NCBI GenBank assembly: GCA_016840405.1
Contig: JAEOSK010000008.1
Location: 28,119 to 92,118 of the forward strand
Direction: 5' to 3'
Origin: Candidatus Hermodarchaeum yapensis
Lineage (GTDB): Archaea > Asgardarchaeota > Hermodarchaeia > Hermodarchaeales > Hermodarchaeaceae
Length of the DNA: 64,000 nucleotides
The position numbers and the translations under genes are program-made. Within the stretch, counting starts at the first letter, position 1; every line of letters begins with the position of its first letter. Below, in pieces: positions 20,598-30,523 of this stretch. The notes under the pieces are model-generated. The model searched no databases. It worked only from the letters and a program-made list of their open reading frames with translations, and was not told the DNA's origin.

Positions 20598-20882
20598 CTA
20601 TTCTTTATTATCCCAAATAATCTGGGTTAAATCCGGTTTTATGTACAAGATGTTGTTACCCCGAATTAAGACTTCACCGAACTTTGCTGTGGGGTTACCC
20701 TCCATCAGTTCTTCGGCCCCCTCTAACACAAGGTTCATGTACACATCAATTTCTTTAAGGCGACCTCGGTATTCCTTACCATCCTTGAGCTTAATCAACA
20801 CTAAGTTGCTTGTAGCCTTTTGAAGAATTTTTATAGGCTGATTTTCCACGATATTCGACCTCGGGGGTACACCTGCTAACAA
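20598..20882 (-). CDS. Sm-like archaeal protein (Lsm/SmAP)
   Basis: Sm1 (GRL..ID.YMNLVL) and Sm2 (IRGNNI) motifs; true start may be a few codons downstream. Confidence 0.93.
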   Translation of the reverse strand: MLAGVPPRSNIVENQPIKILQKATSNLVLIKLKDGKEYRGRLKEIDVYMNLVLEGAEELMEGNPTAKFGEVLIRGNNILYIKPDLTQIIWDNKE

Positions 20883-20935
20883 TGAAATGCCACTTAAAGA
20901 TAACGGTCAAAGGGATAGCTAAGGGGAAAAACGAA

Positions 20936-21475
20936 TTACTCTTTCAAGACTTTGATGATTAGTCCGTTATCTTCGTTGGCAAGATTGTGAAAACGAGTCA
21001 GGATGGCAAACTCCAGGTGAAGCATTTCTTCAATTTCTTGGAGTGAAAGGGTTTTTGCCAAGGTGGTTACTGCCAGTATTCCATCAGCTTGAATGGCTCG
21101 TTCTAGTTCTTGAATGCCCTGTGAAATATCAGTCAAGTTTTGTAATACTGTAATACTAACAACGGTTGGAAACACATGATTTCGAAATGGTAACATTTCC
21201 GCTGAAGCAACTACTAACATAATTGATTCATCTCTGGGTTTGAAGTCTTTGATTAGTTCTAAAGCGATTCGCAGCATCTCAACGGACCCATCAACACCAA
21301 TTACCGGGCGAAAATCGAATAACGCTGACAGACCAATACCTGTTCCAATCCCTACATCCAAAACTGGGCTCTCAATTAGGTAGGTCACTATCGCTTGGTA
21401 TTTTGTTTGCTGGATTTGTAGATATCGATTATGGTAACTTTTCGCTGATTCATCATACAGGCGAATTTTTTTCAC
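20936..21475 (-). CDS. Class I SAM-dependent methyltransferase
   Basis: VLDVGIGTG, GVDGS..ML. Confidence 0.9.
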   Translation of the reverse strand: MKKIRLYDESAKSYHNRYLQIQQTKYQAIVTYLIESPVLDVGIGTGIGLSALFDFRPVIGVDGSVEMLRIALELIKDFKPRDESIMLVVASAEMLPFRNHVFPTVVSITVLQNLTDISQGIQELERAIQADGILAVTTLAKTLSLQEIEEMLHLEFAILTRFHNLANEDNGLIIKVLKE

Positions 21476-21537
21476 AATTCCATACTACGAGTAAATACTT
21501 ATTTAGAATTACGGGCTGACTTCGAAGGGAATCTAAG

Positions 21538-22341
21538 TTGTCATCTAGCAAATTCTCAGCCAGAAAAAAAATTTGGCTGCTCCAATCCCCAACCTTTGAA
21601 CAAGCCCTTCAGCTGCTAGATAAAGCAATTTCCCAAAAACGACTTATCCAGATGCTTGGAAGCTGCTATGTTGAATATCACGGACGGGCACGATCAGTAC
21701 TAACAGAGGGAGAACGGCTCATCATCATGAAACGGGATGGCGCCATTCTTGTTCACAAAGAAAGCGGCGTAGAACCTGTCAATTGGCAACCACCCGGCGC
21801 AACCCTAAAAGTTACACAAGAAAATGATAAACTCGTTCTTTCCGCTAATCGTGCGAAACCGCGTGAAACTGTCCGCATTGATTTTTCTGCCATTACCATG
21901 ATCAGTGCAAGCCTTATTGATGACACTGGCGAGCTTAGCATGTACTTAACAGAAGATGAAATGCAACGTGTTCTAAGTGCAAATCCTGACCTCATCGAGC
22001 TTGGTCTCCGAACCATACGGCGAGAACGTCATGTTGCTCCCGGGTTCATCGACATCTTTGCTCGCGACACCCAAGGACGGCTCGTTATTATCGAAGTCAA
22101 ACGACGCCGGGCTGATAATGAAGCAGCCCAACAACTCCATCGTTACATTAAGAGTCTGCAAGGTGATGAAACCGCTGATCTCCGAGGAATATTAGTTGCT
22201 CCCAGCCTTACAAAGGGCACTCATGCGCTCCTTCAACAGTTGGGCTTAGAATACCGGAAAATTGAACCCCAACAATGTGCTATTTATCTACAAGAATCGG
22301 ATTCGCGAAAACTTACTGATTATTTTCCCGAATCACAATAA
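21538..22341 (+). CDS. nucS: Endonuclease NucS/EndoMS
   Basis: PVNWQPPG, IDI...IIEVKR, QL.RY; C-terminal PIP-like RKLTDYF. Confidence 0.95.
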   Translation: MSSSKFSARKKIWLLQSPTFEQALQLLDKAISQKRLIQMLGSCYVEYHGRARSVLTEGERLIIMKRDGAILVHKESGVEPVNWQPPGATLKVTQENDKLVLSANRAKPRETVRIDFSAITMISASLIDDTGELSMYLTEDEMQRVLSANPDLIELGLRTIRRERHVAPGFIDIFARDTQGRLVIIEVKRRRADNEAAQQLHRYIKSLQGDETADLRGILVAPSLTKGTHALLQQLGLEYRKIEPQQCAIYLQESDSRKLTDYFPESQ

Positions 22342-22349
22342 TAAGACAA

Positions 22350-22865
22350 CTAGCCGATGCAAGACCAAGCTATTTGACGAAATCCTTCTGTAACGCCTTG
22401 GCCTTCTTTTGCGCTAGTCTCAAAATATCCCCAGCCCAGCTGTTGTGCATATCTCATTGCATCCTCTGATGAAACTTGACGTTGATCCACTAAATCGACC
22501 TTATTTGCTATCAACACTGATGGAATCGCACCAGTTACTTGAGCAACTTCGTCATACCATCCTGGAATATTATCAAAGGTATGACGTCTTGTCACATCAA
22601 AAACTAAGATAATCCCTGCGGCTCCTCGATAAAAGACAGGACGTACCGAACTAAAATGCGGTTGACCTGCTAAGTCCCAAAGTTGTAATCGGACTAATGT
22701 ATCACCAAAATTCAGTTCTTTCACCGCAAACGAAGTACCAACAGTCATGATGTATGATTCGCGGAAATGCCCCTCAGTGTAACGGATAATGAGACTAGTT
22801 TTGCCGACGGCACCATCGCCAACGACGCAGACTTTGAGAACATACTGGCGTTGCGGTGTACTCAT
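22350..22865 (-). CDS. Rab-like small GTPase (Asgard eukaryotic signature protein); likely start MSTPQ
   Basis: G1 GDGAVGKT, G2 TVG, G3 WDLAGQ, G4 NKVD, G5 ETSAK; RabF-like RLQLW, FYRGA, LVFDVT. Confidence 0.93.
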   Translation of the reverse strand: MSTPQRQYVLKVCVVGDGAVGKTSLIIRYTEGHFRESYIMTVGTSFAVKELNFGDTLVRLQLWDLAGQPHFSSVRPVFYRGAAGIILVFDVTRRHTFDNIPGWYDEVAQVTGAIPSVLIANKVDLVDQRQVSSEDAMRYAQQLGWGYFETSAKEGQGVTEGFRQIAWSCIG

Positions 22866-23014
22866 GTAGCCTTTCTCCTCGAGGGTTCGGTTTGTCTGAC
22901 TTACGTTTGTGGCAATATATTGGTTTCGTTCATCCATGGGTTTTCTTTCAGTTAATTAATTTCGCCCAATGATTTTTATGGACTTGAAGGATGTTAGGGG
23001 CAAGCTAGTCTAAC

Positions 23015-26005
23015 ATGGAGTGCGAATACGCAATGACGGTAACAGAGCTACCGAAGCAGTTCGATTTACCTTCTTTAGAAGAGGAAGTGCTACTCTTCTG
23101 GAAAAAGAATAAAGTGTATGAAAAGGTAACAGAACAGCTTTCGGGTCAACCAGTATTCAGGTTCTTAGATGGGCCCCCATACACTACCGGTGCAATCCAC
23201 CTGGGAACGGCGTGGAACAAAATTCTGAAAGACATGGTATTACGTTTTCGTCGGATGCAGGGGTTCCGCGTTTTGGACACACCTGGTTTTGATATGCACG
23301 GACTACCAATTGAAGTGCACGTAGAAAAAGCTCTGGGCATTAAATCGAAATTAGATATTGAAAGCAAGATTGGTGTTGATAAATTCATAAAACAATGCCA
23401 GGATTTCGCCCTTTCTAACTTAGACCAGATGACAGAACAGTTCAAACGCACAGGAGTGTGGATGAACTGGAATCGCCCATATCGCACGATTGATAATCCC
23501 TACATTGAAGGCACTTGGCACTTGATGAAACGAGCCTCTGAACGGGGATTGCTCTATCGCGGGTTACGATCAATAGATTGCTGCGTACGCTGTGAGACTG
23601 CAATTGCCAAACGAGAGCATGAATACAGAACAGTTGAGGATTATTCGATTTGGGTAAAGTTTCCAATAATCGGGAAAACTAACGAGTATGTTGTGATTTG
23701 GACTACAACGCCATGGACACTTCCTGCTAATATGGCAGTGATGGTCAATCCCGAATTTGAATACCTTCGCGTGAAGGTTGATAAGGAAGTGTGGATTCTA
23801 GCCAAAGGGCTAGCCAATATCATATTACAAGGGCTACTCAACAAACAATACGAAGTGGTTGAAGAGGTCAAAGGCACAAAGCTTCTGGGAATCCGTTATG
23901 AACATCCGTTGCTAGATGAGGTGCCCCGACAGGCAAAATTCCATGATGCTTCTGAGAAAGTTCATTCCGTCGTCTTAAGTGAGGAGCATGTGACCTTAGA
24001 GCAAGGAACAGGTCTGGTACATATGGCTCCTGGTCATGGTCCTCAGGACTTCGAGGTGGGTGAGCGTGAGGAAATTCCCATTTTTTGCCCAGTTACGCTT
24101 TCTGGCTCATTCTCGGAAGAGGGTGGAAAATATGCAGGAATGAAAGTTCAAGATGCAAATGAAGTTATTCTACAAGACTTACGCCGAAAGAAGCTCCTAG
24201 TTCATCAAGATACAATTGAACATGAATATGCTCACTGTTGGCGGTGTGGTAGTCCTCTTGTATACCTTGCTACTGATCAGTGGTTCCTTCGCGTTAGCGA
24301 AATTCGAGAAGAAATTATTAAAAAGAACGAAGATGTCTACTGGGTACCTGATTGGGCGGGTCATACTTGGTTCCGCAATTGGGTACAAAATCTTCGGGAT
24401 TGGTGTATTTCCAGGCAACGCTATTGGGGTGCTCCTCTACCAATCTGGAAATGTGAAAAATGTGAGGAAATTGAAGTCATAGGAAGCATAAACGAACTAA
24501 AAAAGAAATCAGGAAAAATCCCTGAGAACCTTCATCGACCCTGGATTGACGAACTCTCATGGCCCTGTTCGAAATGCAAAGACACAATGAAACGGGTCTC
24601 TGATGTGTTAGATGTCTGGCTAGATAGCGGCGTAGCTCCATGGGCAAGTCGCTGGGCAACTTATGGCACAACAGACTTTGATAATTGGGAAACAGCTGAC
24701 TTCGTAATGGAAGGCAAAGATCAGATTAGCAGCTGGTTCAACACCCTCTTTAACTCAACAATGCTTGCAGATAACCGAGAACCTTACAAAAGTGTCTATA
24801 TGCATGGATTTACAGCTGATGAGCAAGGTCGACCAATGTCAAAATCAAAAGGCATTGGTGTCTTTCCCGAAGAGGTGGTGGAGAAATTTGGTGCTGAGAC
24901 ACTACGAATGTATTGTATCAAAAGCACCGGGCCCGGTGAAGATATGCATTTTCTCTGGAAAGATGTCGAAGATACCCGCCGTTCACTTTCAATTCTCTGG
25001 AACGTCTACGTCTTTGCAACAACTTTCATGAAAGCCGCGGGATATGATCCACAGGCTCATAAATTAAAACCTCAATCCTTACAAAATGAAGATCGATGGA
25101 TTCTCTCCCAGTTGCATCTATTAATCAAACAAGTTGGCGAGCGTCTTGAAAAATACGAACTACCATTTATACCACGGTTGATGGAGTCCTTCATCGTCAA
25201 AGATTTGAGTCGTTGGTATATCAAGCTGATAAGACCACGAACTTGGGTGAGCTCTCAAGACGAAACAAAAACACAGGCATTTACAACGCTTTACTACGTC
25301 TTACGAACCCTCTTAGCGGTACTAGCTCCCGTTCTACCTTTTCAGACAGAAAAAATGTATAAAGCCCTCGTTCGTTCTGCTGAGCCTGATGCCCCATTAA
25401 GCGTTCACATGCTTCCATGGCCCAAGGTCAACGAAAAGCTAATTGATCCTGAGCGGAGCCAAGAAATGGAATGGGTTTCTGATATAGTAGAAGCAACTCA
25501 ATTCATTCGCCAAGAGGAAGGTTTGAAGCTGCGTTGGCCCTGTCAACGTTTAGTCATTGTACCTTCAAAGAAAGAGTTCCAACTTGAACATTTCAGCGAC
25601 GTTGTAGCAAGTCAGACCAATGTAAAAACAGTTGAAATCCAAAAGAAAGCTAAAGGTGATTTACTCAAAAACAAAGAATTACCTTTTGCTACGATATACC
25701 TCGACATCAGTGAAACTCCTGAAATTCGTGCTGAACGCCTTTCACGCGATCTTATTCGACAAATACAAGCAACCCGAAAGAAACAAGGACTTCATGTTAC
25801 GCAACGCATCAAACTGTATGTGGCGGCTAAATCATTGGAACTACGAAAAGCCGTAGAAATGACTCGAGATAGCATTGCTTCAAAAGTTGGTGCTATAACA
25901 CTCGAAGTAGAGGAGAAAATACCTACCGTAAAGGGGCTTGCGGTTGGAAAACTCACATTTGCCAATAAGGAAGTTCAATTCGGCTTTATCGTCCAAGAGA
26001 AATAG
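23015..26005 (+). CDS. ileS: Isoleucyl-tRNA synthetase (archaeal/eukaryote type)
   Basis: DGPPY, HLGT (HIGH), WTTTPWTLP, GTGLVH, DWCISRQRYWG, PMSKS. Confidence 0.97.
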   Translation: MECEYAMTVTELPKQFDLPSLEEEVLLFWKKNKVYEKVTEQLSGQPVFRFLDGPPYTTGAIHLGTAWNKILKDMVLRFRRMQGFRVLDTPGFDMHGLPIEVHVEKALGIKSKLDIESKIGVDKFIKQCQDFALSNLDQMTEQFKRTGVWMNWNRPYRTIDNPYIEGTWHLMKRASERGLLYRGLRSIDCCVRCETAIAKREHEYRTVEDYSIWVKFPIIGKTNEYVVIWTTTPWTLPANMAVMVNPEFEYLRVKVDKEVWILAKGLANIILQGLLNKQYEVVEEVKGTKLLGIRYEHPLLDEVPRQAKFHDASEKVHSVVLSEEHVTLEQGTGLVHMAPGHGPQDFEVGEREEIPIFCPVTLSGSFSEEGGKYAGMKVQDANEVILQDLRRKKLLVHQDTIEHEYAHCWRCGSPLVYLATDQWFLRVSEIREEIIKKNEDVYWVPDWAGHTWFRNWVQNLRDWCISRQRYWGAPLPIWKCEKCEEIEVIGSINELKKKSGKIPENLHRPWIDELSWPCSKCKDTMKRVSDVLDVWLDSGVAPWASRWATYGTTDFDNWETADFVMEGKDQISSWFNTLFNSTMLADNREPYKSVYMHGFTADEQGRPMSKSKGIGVFPEEVVEKFGAETLRMYCIKSTGPGEDMHFLWKDVEDTRRSLSILWNVYVFATTFMKAAGYDPQAHKLKPQSLQNEDRWILSQLHLLIKQVGERLEKYELPFIPRLMESFIVKDLSRWYIKLIRPRTWVSSQDETKTQAFTTLYYVLRTLLAVLAPVLPFQTEKMYKALVRSAEPDAPLSVHMLPWPKVNEKLIDPERSQEMEWVSDIVEATQFIRQEEGLKLRWPCQRLVIVPSKKEFQLEHFSDVVASQTNVKTVEIQKKAKGDLLKNKELPFATIYLDISETPEIRAERLSRDLIRQIQATRKKQGLHVTQRIKLYVAAKSLELRKAVEMTRDSIASKVGAITLEVEEKIPTVKGLAVGKLTFANKEVQFGFIVQEK

Positions 26006-26052
26006 ACGCCCCAACACATTTAAGCCGCAGTAAAACATCACAAAATTCACAA

Positions 26053-26198
26053 GGGCACGTGGCTTAGCCTGATGGAGCGCCGAACTTCTGCGTCCTTGGC
26101 GCAGAGTGTGTATGCCTTATATGGTGTCGCTCCGAACATTCGATTGCGAAGCCTAGGTAAGCCGGAGGTCGCGGGTTTGAATCCCGCCGTGCCCACCA
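26053..26198 (+). tRNA. tRNA-Ile(UAU) with introns at 29/30 (26083-26113) and 37/38 (26122-26159), encoded CCA
   Basis: Acceptor stem GGGCACG/CGTGCCC-A-CCA, D stem GCTT/GAGC, T stem GCGGG/CCCGC. Splicing gives CCGGC-CT-TAT-AA-GCCGG. Intron 2 forms a strict BHB (CUUA/UAGG, 3-nt bulges); intron 1 forms a relaxed HBh' (GCGC/GUGU). Confidence 0.88.
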
Positions 26199-26209
26199 CT
26201 CTTCTACGG

Positions 26210-27736
26210 CTATTTCGATTGCCTTTTGTCATCAAATTTCTTTGCGGCAGTTTCGAAATCTATCCCAAATCCCGTTTCTTTTGTTAATCGAGTTCGTACC
26301 TGCATAAATACTGGAAACCGCGTAGCCTGACCGACAACAAGAGCTTCGCCTACAGTTAGACTTGAGATTGAAGTAAGAGTTGCCTTAGTAATTTTTTCTG
26401 ACGTAGCTCGGATATGATCTAAATCATAAGGATTTGTGATTCGAAGGAAGATATTCGTACCGCATTGAGACAGAACAGTTGTTGACAGACGAACAGGGCG
26501 CTGCGAAATAATACAAAGTGACAAATTGTACTTACGCCCTTCACGTGCTACTGTTTCAAGAACTCCTTTAGAAAACGCAAGCGTGCGGCGTGCCTGAGGG
26601 CAGAATTGGTGGGCCTCTTCAAGAAACACAATGGTGGGAGGAATCGTTCCGTCTCTTCGCAGATCAAATAGATAGCGAAGAACTGCATCAACAATAATCT
26701 GTTTCTTTTGTAAACTCACCGTTTCACTCATATCAAGAATGACCGCTTGTCCGGGTTTCATCAGTTTTGACCAATCAGGTGTAGGTGTTTTTCCAAAAAG
26801 TCGAAGACTTTGAAGATTATCTAACCAACCTAGAAGGGCATCGCGGGTCCTCACATTAATTGAAGGGTCTTGTTCGAGAGCAGTGATTAAATCCCCGATA
26901 TCGTATGGCTGTCCTTTTCGCGTGCTTCGAAGGGTGCGGATTACCCGAGTAAGCTCTCGAACCTGAATGGTGCCCATATCTGGGGCATACGTTGCAAATG
27001 CTTTTGCACTCATTCGAGGTGTAGCAATTTCAACTAGTGGACTTTGGATGACAGTTATTTGGTCTTCGAAACTTTTTCCCTTGGCTCCACGCGATTCTGC
27101 TAGCCCCGTATATTCACCATGCACATCAATCACAAGTAACGCCGGACGACCTTGACTGGATTTTCGTGCAAGAAGCTCTTCCAACATTACAGATGCAGCG
27201 TAACTTTTTCCTGCCCCACTCATCGCAAGAAGCGCCACATGCTTTTGATACATTTTCGTCAAATTAAAGGTTGCAGGAATATTATGGAATAATAACTGTC
27301 CGAGATGAACCCCATCTTTAGTAAAACCCAGAAATTCACCTAGAACCTTTGTATCTGGGGCCTTTACCTGAGTGCCAGGTGAAGGAGGGTAGGTAATCCT
27401 TCGAACATGGCCGTTTTCGAATATACCAAGGGGCTTAGCCTCAGCTAGCACATATTCCCATCGATCTATAGGAAAAATGGCGTTGAAAGCTTTCCCTGAG
27501 CGTGTAAACTCATGCACCGCATCAATTTGCGAAAAATACCGATTTGTCTTGTAAACTTGTTCAACATGAGCAAACACTGTCCCTTCCTCGGTCTCCATAG
27601 AGACATATTGTCCAACATGAATTGGGACTTGTTTATCCGATGGGGTATCATTGCGTTTTCCAATGACAAAGGAAACATTTTCCGTTGATGGACCATTTTC
27701 TGTGCAAACGACGGTTCCAATAGTTTCTGCTTTCAT
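26210..27736 (-). CDS. herA: HerA helicase/translocase
   Basis: HAS barrel, HVALLAMSGAGKS, IDVHGEY, LEEAHQF, REGRK, ISQRP. Confidence 0.93.
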   Translation of the reverse strand: MKAETIGTVVCTENGPSTENVSFVIGKRNDTPSDKQVPIHVGQYVSMETEEGTVFAHVEQVYKTNRYFSQIDAVHEFTRSGKAFNAIFPIDRWEYVLAEAKPLGIFENGHVRRITYPPSPGTQVKAPDTKVLGEFLGFTKDGVHLGQLLFHNIPATFNLTKMYQKHVALLAMSGAGKSYAASVMLEELLARKSSQGRPALLVIDVHGEYTGLAESRGAKGKSFEDQITVIQSPLVEIATPRMSAKAFATYAPDMGTIQVRELTRVIRTLRSTRKGQPYDIGDLITALEQDPSINVRTRDALLGWLDNLQSLRLFGKTPTPDWSKLMKPGQAVILDMSETVSLQKKQIIVDAVLRYLFDLRRDGTIPPTIVFLEEAHQFCPQARRTLAFSKGVLETVAREGRKYNLSLCIISQRPVRLSTTVLSQCGTNIFLRITNPYDLDHIRATSEKITKATLTSISSLTVGEALVVGQATRFPVFMQVRTRLTKETGFGIDFETAAKKFDDKRQSK

Positions 27737-27765
27737 TCAAGTTTCATCCTACAATCAAATCATTT

Positions 27766-28944
27766 CTACTGAAATGGCATTCTTTCACGGCGTAATTTCA
27801 ATACACTCTCCGGATAACCAATCCGGCTCGTCAGTTGGTTCAAGAGGAATTCTAGATCACGCTCGATTAACCGAGCTTGTGAATCTGCATCAATTAATAC
27901 AGAAGGAAGGGCAAATTCCTCGTTATCAGAAGACATAGGAAGCAACATTGCCCCAATTTTTTCAATTATACTCTTTGGGTCATAAGATCCTGTAAATACC
28001 TCAACACGGAGCGGATAATCATATTCTGCCGTTCGTAAGTAAAAACAAACAAGCCCATTTTCTTGTTGGTTGGGCCCTTCACCTTCAAGTGTATTTTCGA
28101 TATTAGAATTATCTAGTCGCAGTATGGGTGATCGCTCACCTACATCGAGAATTCGGAAAAAGAAGTCTGAATCATAACTAAGCTGCAACACAGAGCGATA
28201 ATCCAAATGAAGCATTGGTTCCAACTCAGGATGTCGAGTAATCAGATGTGGAAGTATCTCACCGAGAATGTGAATAAACCGTTGACTTCTGCTGTCTTTC
28301 ACAACACCTGCTAGGAGCGTCCCTGTTTCCTCGCTCTTCGTGTACAGTTTTTCGAATAATTCGATAATTTCACCGTACTTTCTTGAGAATATGGATTGTT
28401 GTGATGGTCGATCATTAAGATGGGGCCTTAGCGAGCCATCCAATAACAACAACTCAGCAGGGTGATGATCTTGTACTCGGATAGCCAATTCCAATTCGCC
28501 TTTCAATCGTTCAAGTGATGCATTAAGCTCTGCTTCTCGTCGAGATATTGGAGTTAGTTCTGCTTTCACAGTTGGCAGCGTTGTTTTTTCAGGAAAATAA
28601 ATTGCAGAAACCCGATTAGAAGGTGTATATTCAAAAATGGTAGCATTAGCCCGAGTTATAACTAATTCCACACCGCGCAATGTATTTTTCAACAGTCCAC
28701 CATCAACACCACACACGCGGAGACCGCTTAATTCCGTAGGAGTAACTTGACGGGCTAAATGATTATCAACAATGTATCGCTGAGCAAGCGGTAAGTCCGT
28801 TAAGAGATCAATCTTGTGGCGTTCACTTCGAAGAATAGAAGCAAAGGAATTTCTTTTCTCTTCTAACATTTGGATTTGTTGGACAATTTTTTCTAATGCC
28901 TCATCCAACGCCCATAACTCGCGAATAGTCTTCATTCCTATCAT
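27766..28944 (-). CDS. nurA: NurA nuclease
   Basis: CGVDGG, ERL..E, LLDGSL, GVVKDS, P.VL..AD; upstream of herA. Confidence 0.9.
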   Translation of the reverse strand: MIGMKTIRELWALDEALEKIVQQIQMLEEKRNSFASILRSERHKIDLLTDLPLAQRYIVDNHLARQVTPTELSGLRVCGVDGGLLKNTLRGVELVITRANATIFEYTPSNRVSAIYFPEKTTLPTVKAELTPISRREAELNASLERLKGELELAIRVQDHHPAELLLLDGSLRPHLNDRPSQQSIFSRKYGEIIELFEKLYTKSEETGTLLAGVVKDSRSQRFIHILGEILPHLITRHPELEPMLHLDYRSVLQLSYDSDFFFRILDVGERSPILRLDNSNIENTLEGEGPNQQENGLVCFYLRTAEYDYPLRVEVFTGSYDPKSIIEKIGAMLLPMSSDNEEFALPSVLIDADSQARLIERDLEFLLNQLTSRIGYPESVLKLRRERMPFQ

Positions 28945-29107
28945 CCAAACTGAGCTTTTCTAAGCTAGTTCCAAGCTTGGAATTAAAACTTGGTATAACG
29001 TTAGGTTATCGAGAATAGTGAAGGCATCCTTCTTTGTTACCTTTATGTACTAGTTCTCTTCGAAAATATCGAATACTACCAATATTTCAAGACTATAAAA
29101 GATACCA

Positions 29108-29674
29108 ATGCCGGAAATCAAACTTTCTCTCAAACAGGCGCATATCTTTCTGAAACAACACATCCACGAGTCCAACATAATAAGACACAGTGAGGCCACG
29201 AAGCAAAAGGCTGTGCAAATCGCTCACCTCATTGCTCCAAAAGAATCTGTGAACATACAACTGATTGAACTTGGGGCTTTACTCCACGATATTGGCCGAA
29301 CACGAACACATGATATTACACATGGGTATGTTGGAGGGCAACTACTGCATCAAAATGGTTATCCATCAAGTGTAGTGAAAATCGTTGAACGACACGTTCT
29401 TGGTGGGTTCACACCACAAGAAGCTCCTTTAGTCGGGCTTCCTAAACGAGATTTTGTTCCTCACTCTTGGGAAGAGATCATTGTATGTGTAGCTGACAAA
29501 TTGGGGTCCTATGAATGGAACGGTATCAATCAGCCACAAAAATGGTTATCCAAAATGGATGCTCGTTTCGCACAACTTAAGAAACGGTATGACATTAGTG
29601 CACCATATCGGGCATCTATGCAACGTGCTAGGAACTTCGTCCGAATATTAGTCAATCTTGCTTCACACGACTAA
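29108..29674 (+). CDS. HD domain protein (TIGR00295-like)
   Basis: H...GALLHDIGR..TH...HG..G, VERH, ADKL. Confidence 0.9.
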   Translation: MPEIKLSLKQAHIFLKQHIHESNIIRHSEATKQKAVQIAHLIAPKESVNIQLIELGALLHDIGRTRTHDITHGYVGGQLLHQNGYPSSVVKIVERHVLGGFTPQEAPLVGLPKRDFVPHSWEEIIVCVADKLGSYEWNGINQPQKWLSKMDARFAQLKKRYDISAPYRASMQRARNFVRILVNLASHD

Positions 29675-29680
29675 CGTCTG

Positions 29681-30466
29681 TTATGGCGTTAGTATTATTG
29701 CAAGCATTGCCGGGTAGATAACCATTGCTGACAAGAAGATAATCAATGTAGTTAGAAGCGGGACAGTGAGATTATCAAACCCCGAGGGACTTATTGCTTC
29801 GATTAATGTGGCGCTTATAGCACAAATCACACTAAGGATTGCGATTTGTGTTGCATTAAAGACAGACGTTCCAGCAGTCGCAAACACGTCCAGGAAAAGC
29901 CAACAAACCCATGCACCCAGCAGTGAACTGATGAATACACTTATCGACCCCTCGAGGCTTCGAGTTGCGTTGCGAATGGTATACTTGTGTTTACCATATT
30001 TTGTCCCAATGATTGGGGCAATCCCATCACCCAAATACATCGCAGTCAAACCAAGAGCTGGGATGACAAAGAACGGTATGAGGTTTGGGAAGAAGGTAAA
30101 TGTTGCGACTAATAAGTTAATAGAAATTGCATAAAGAAATGGACCCCAAATGTGACCCGACAGATAGTCTTCTTCTCTAGCCATAACACCAAACATAGTT
30201 CTGAGACTTTTTACTGGGCTTCTTGGTGATGCTAAGAATATCAGAATTAACATCGGGAAGGATACTAGAAGGGCTATCCACGCTTGTGAGTAAAACGGGA
30301 CTGTAAAAATGGAAAATCCTGCAAATAGATGAATGATTTTTCGTGTGACGGTGGTTGGAAGGTTCTGCCATCGACGTAGTAGTTCGCCCGTTACGATTAC
30401 TCCAAATACCCATGCGTAAGCTATTGCAAGAATGATGAAATCTTGAAGAGTAAGAATGAACTGCAA
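29681..30466 (-). CDS. Dolichol/phytol kinase family (CTP-dependent) membrane protein
   Basis: RKIIH, GDGIA..IG, RSLEGS, DNLTVP. Confidence 0.88.
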   Translation of the reverse strand: MQFILTLQDFIILAIAYAWVFGVIVTGELLRRWQNLPTTVTRKIIHLFAGFSIFTVPFYSQAWIALLVSFPMLILIFLASPRSPVKSLRTMFGVMAREEDYLSGHIWGPFLYAISINLLVATFTFFPNLIPFFVIPALGLTAMYLGDGIAPIIGTKYGKHKYTIRNATRSLEGSISVFISSLLGAWVCWLFLDVFATAGTSVFNATQIAILSVICAISATLIEAISPSGFDNLTVPLLTTLIIFLSAMVIYPAMLAIILTP

Positions 30467-30523
30467 TCTGTATTCACCCGAGTTTGTACTCGACGCTTTG
30501 TCTTATCATCTATTTATCTTAAT

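Noticed and set aside
22350-22364. CAAX prenylation signal on the Rab-like GTPase (WSCIG)
   Set aside because: Cys is third from the end and there is no hypervariable tail, so it is not a CAAX/CC/CXC motif.
26080-26090. Reading the tRNA as Arg(TCT) from CTTCT
   Set aside because: CCGAA cannot pair fully with GCCGG. CTTCT lies in the intron 1 hairpin, and the two-intron model gives a perfect stem and a BHB.
26047-26287. ORFs 26047-26235 and 26072-26287
   Set aside because: Shadow ORFs over the tRNA gene.
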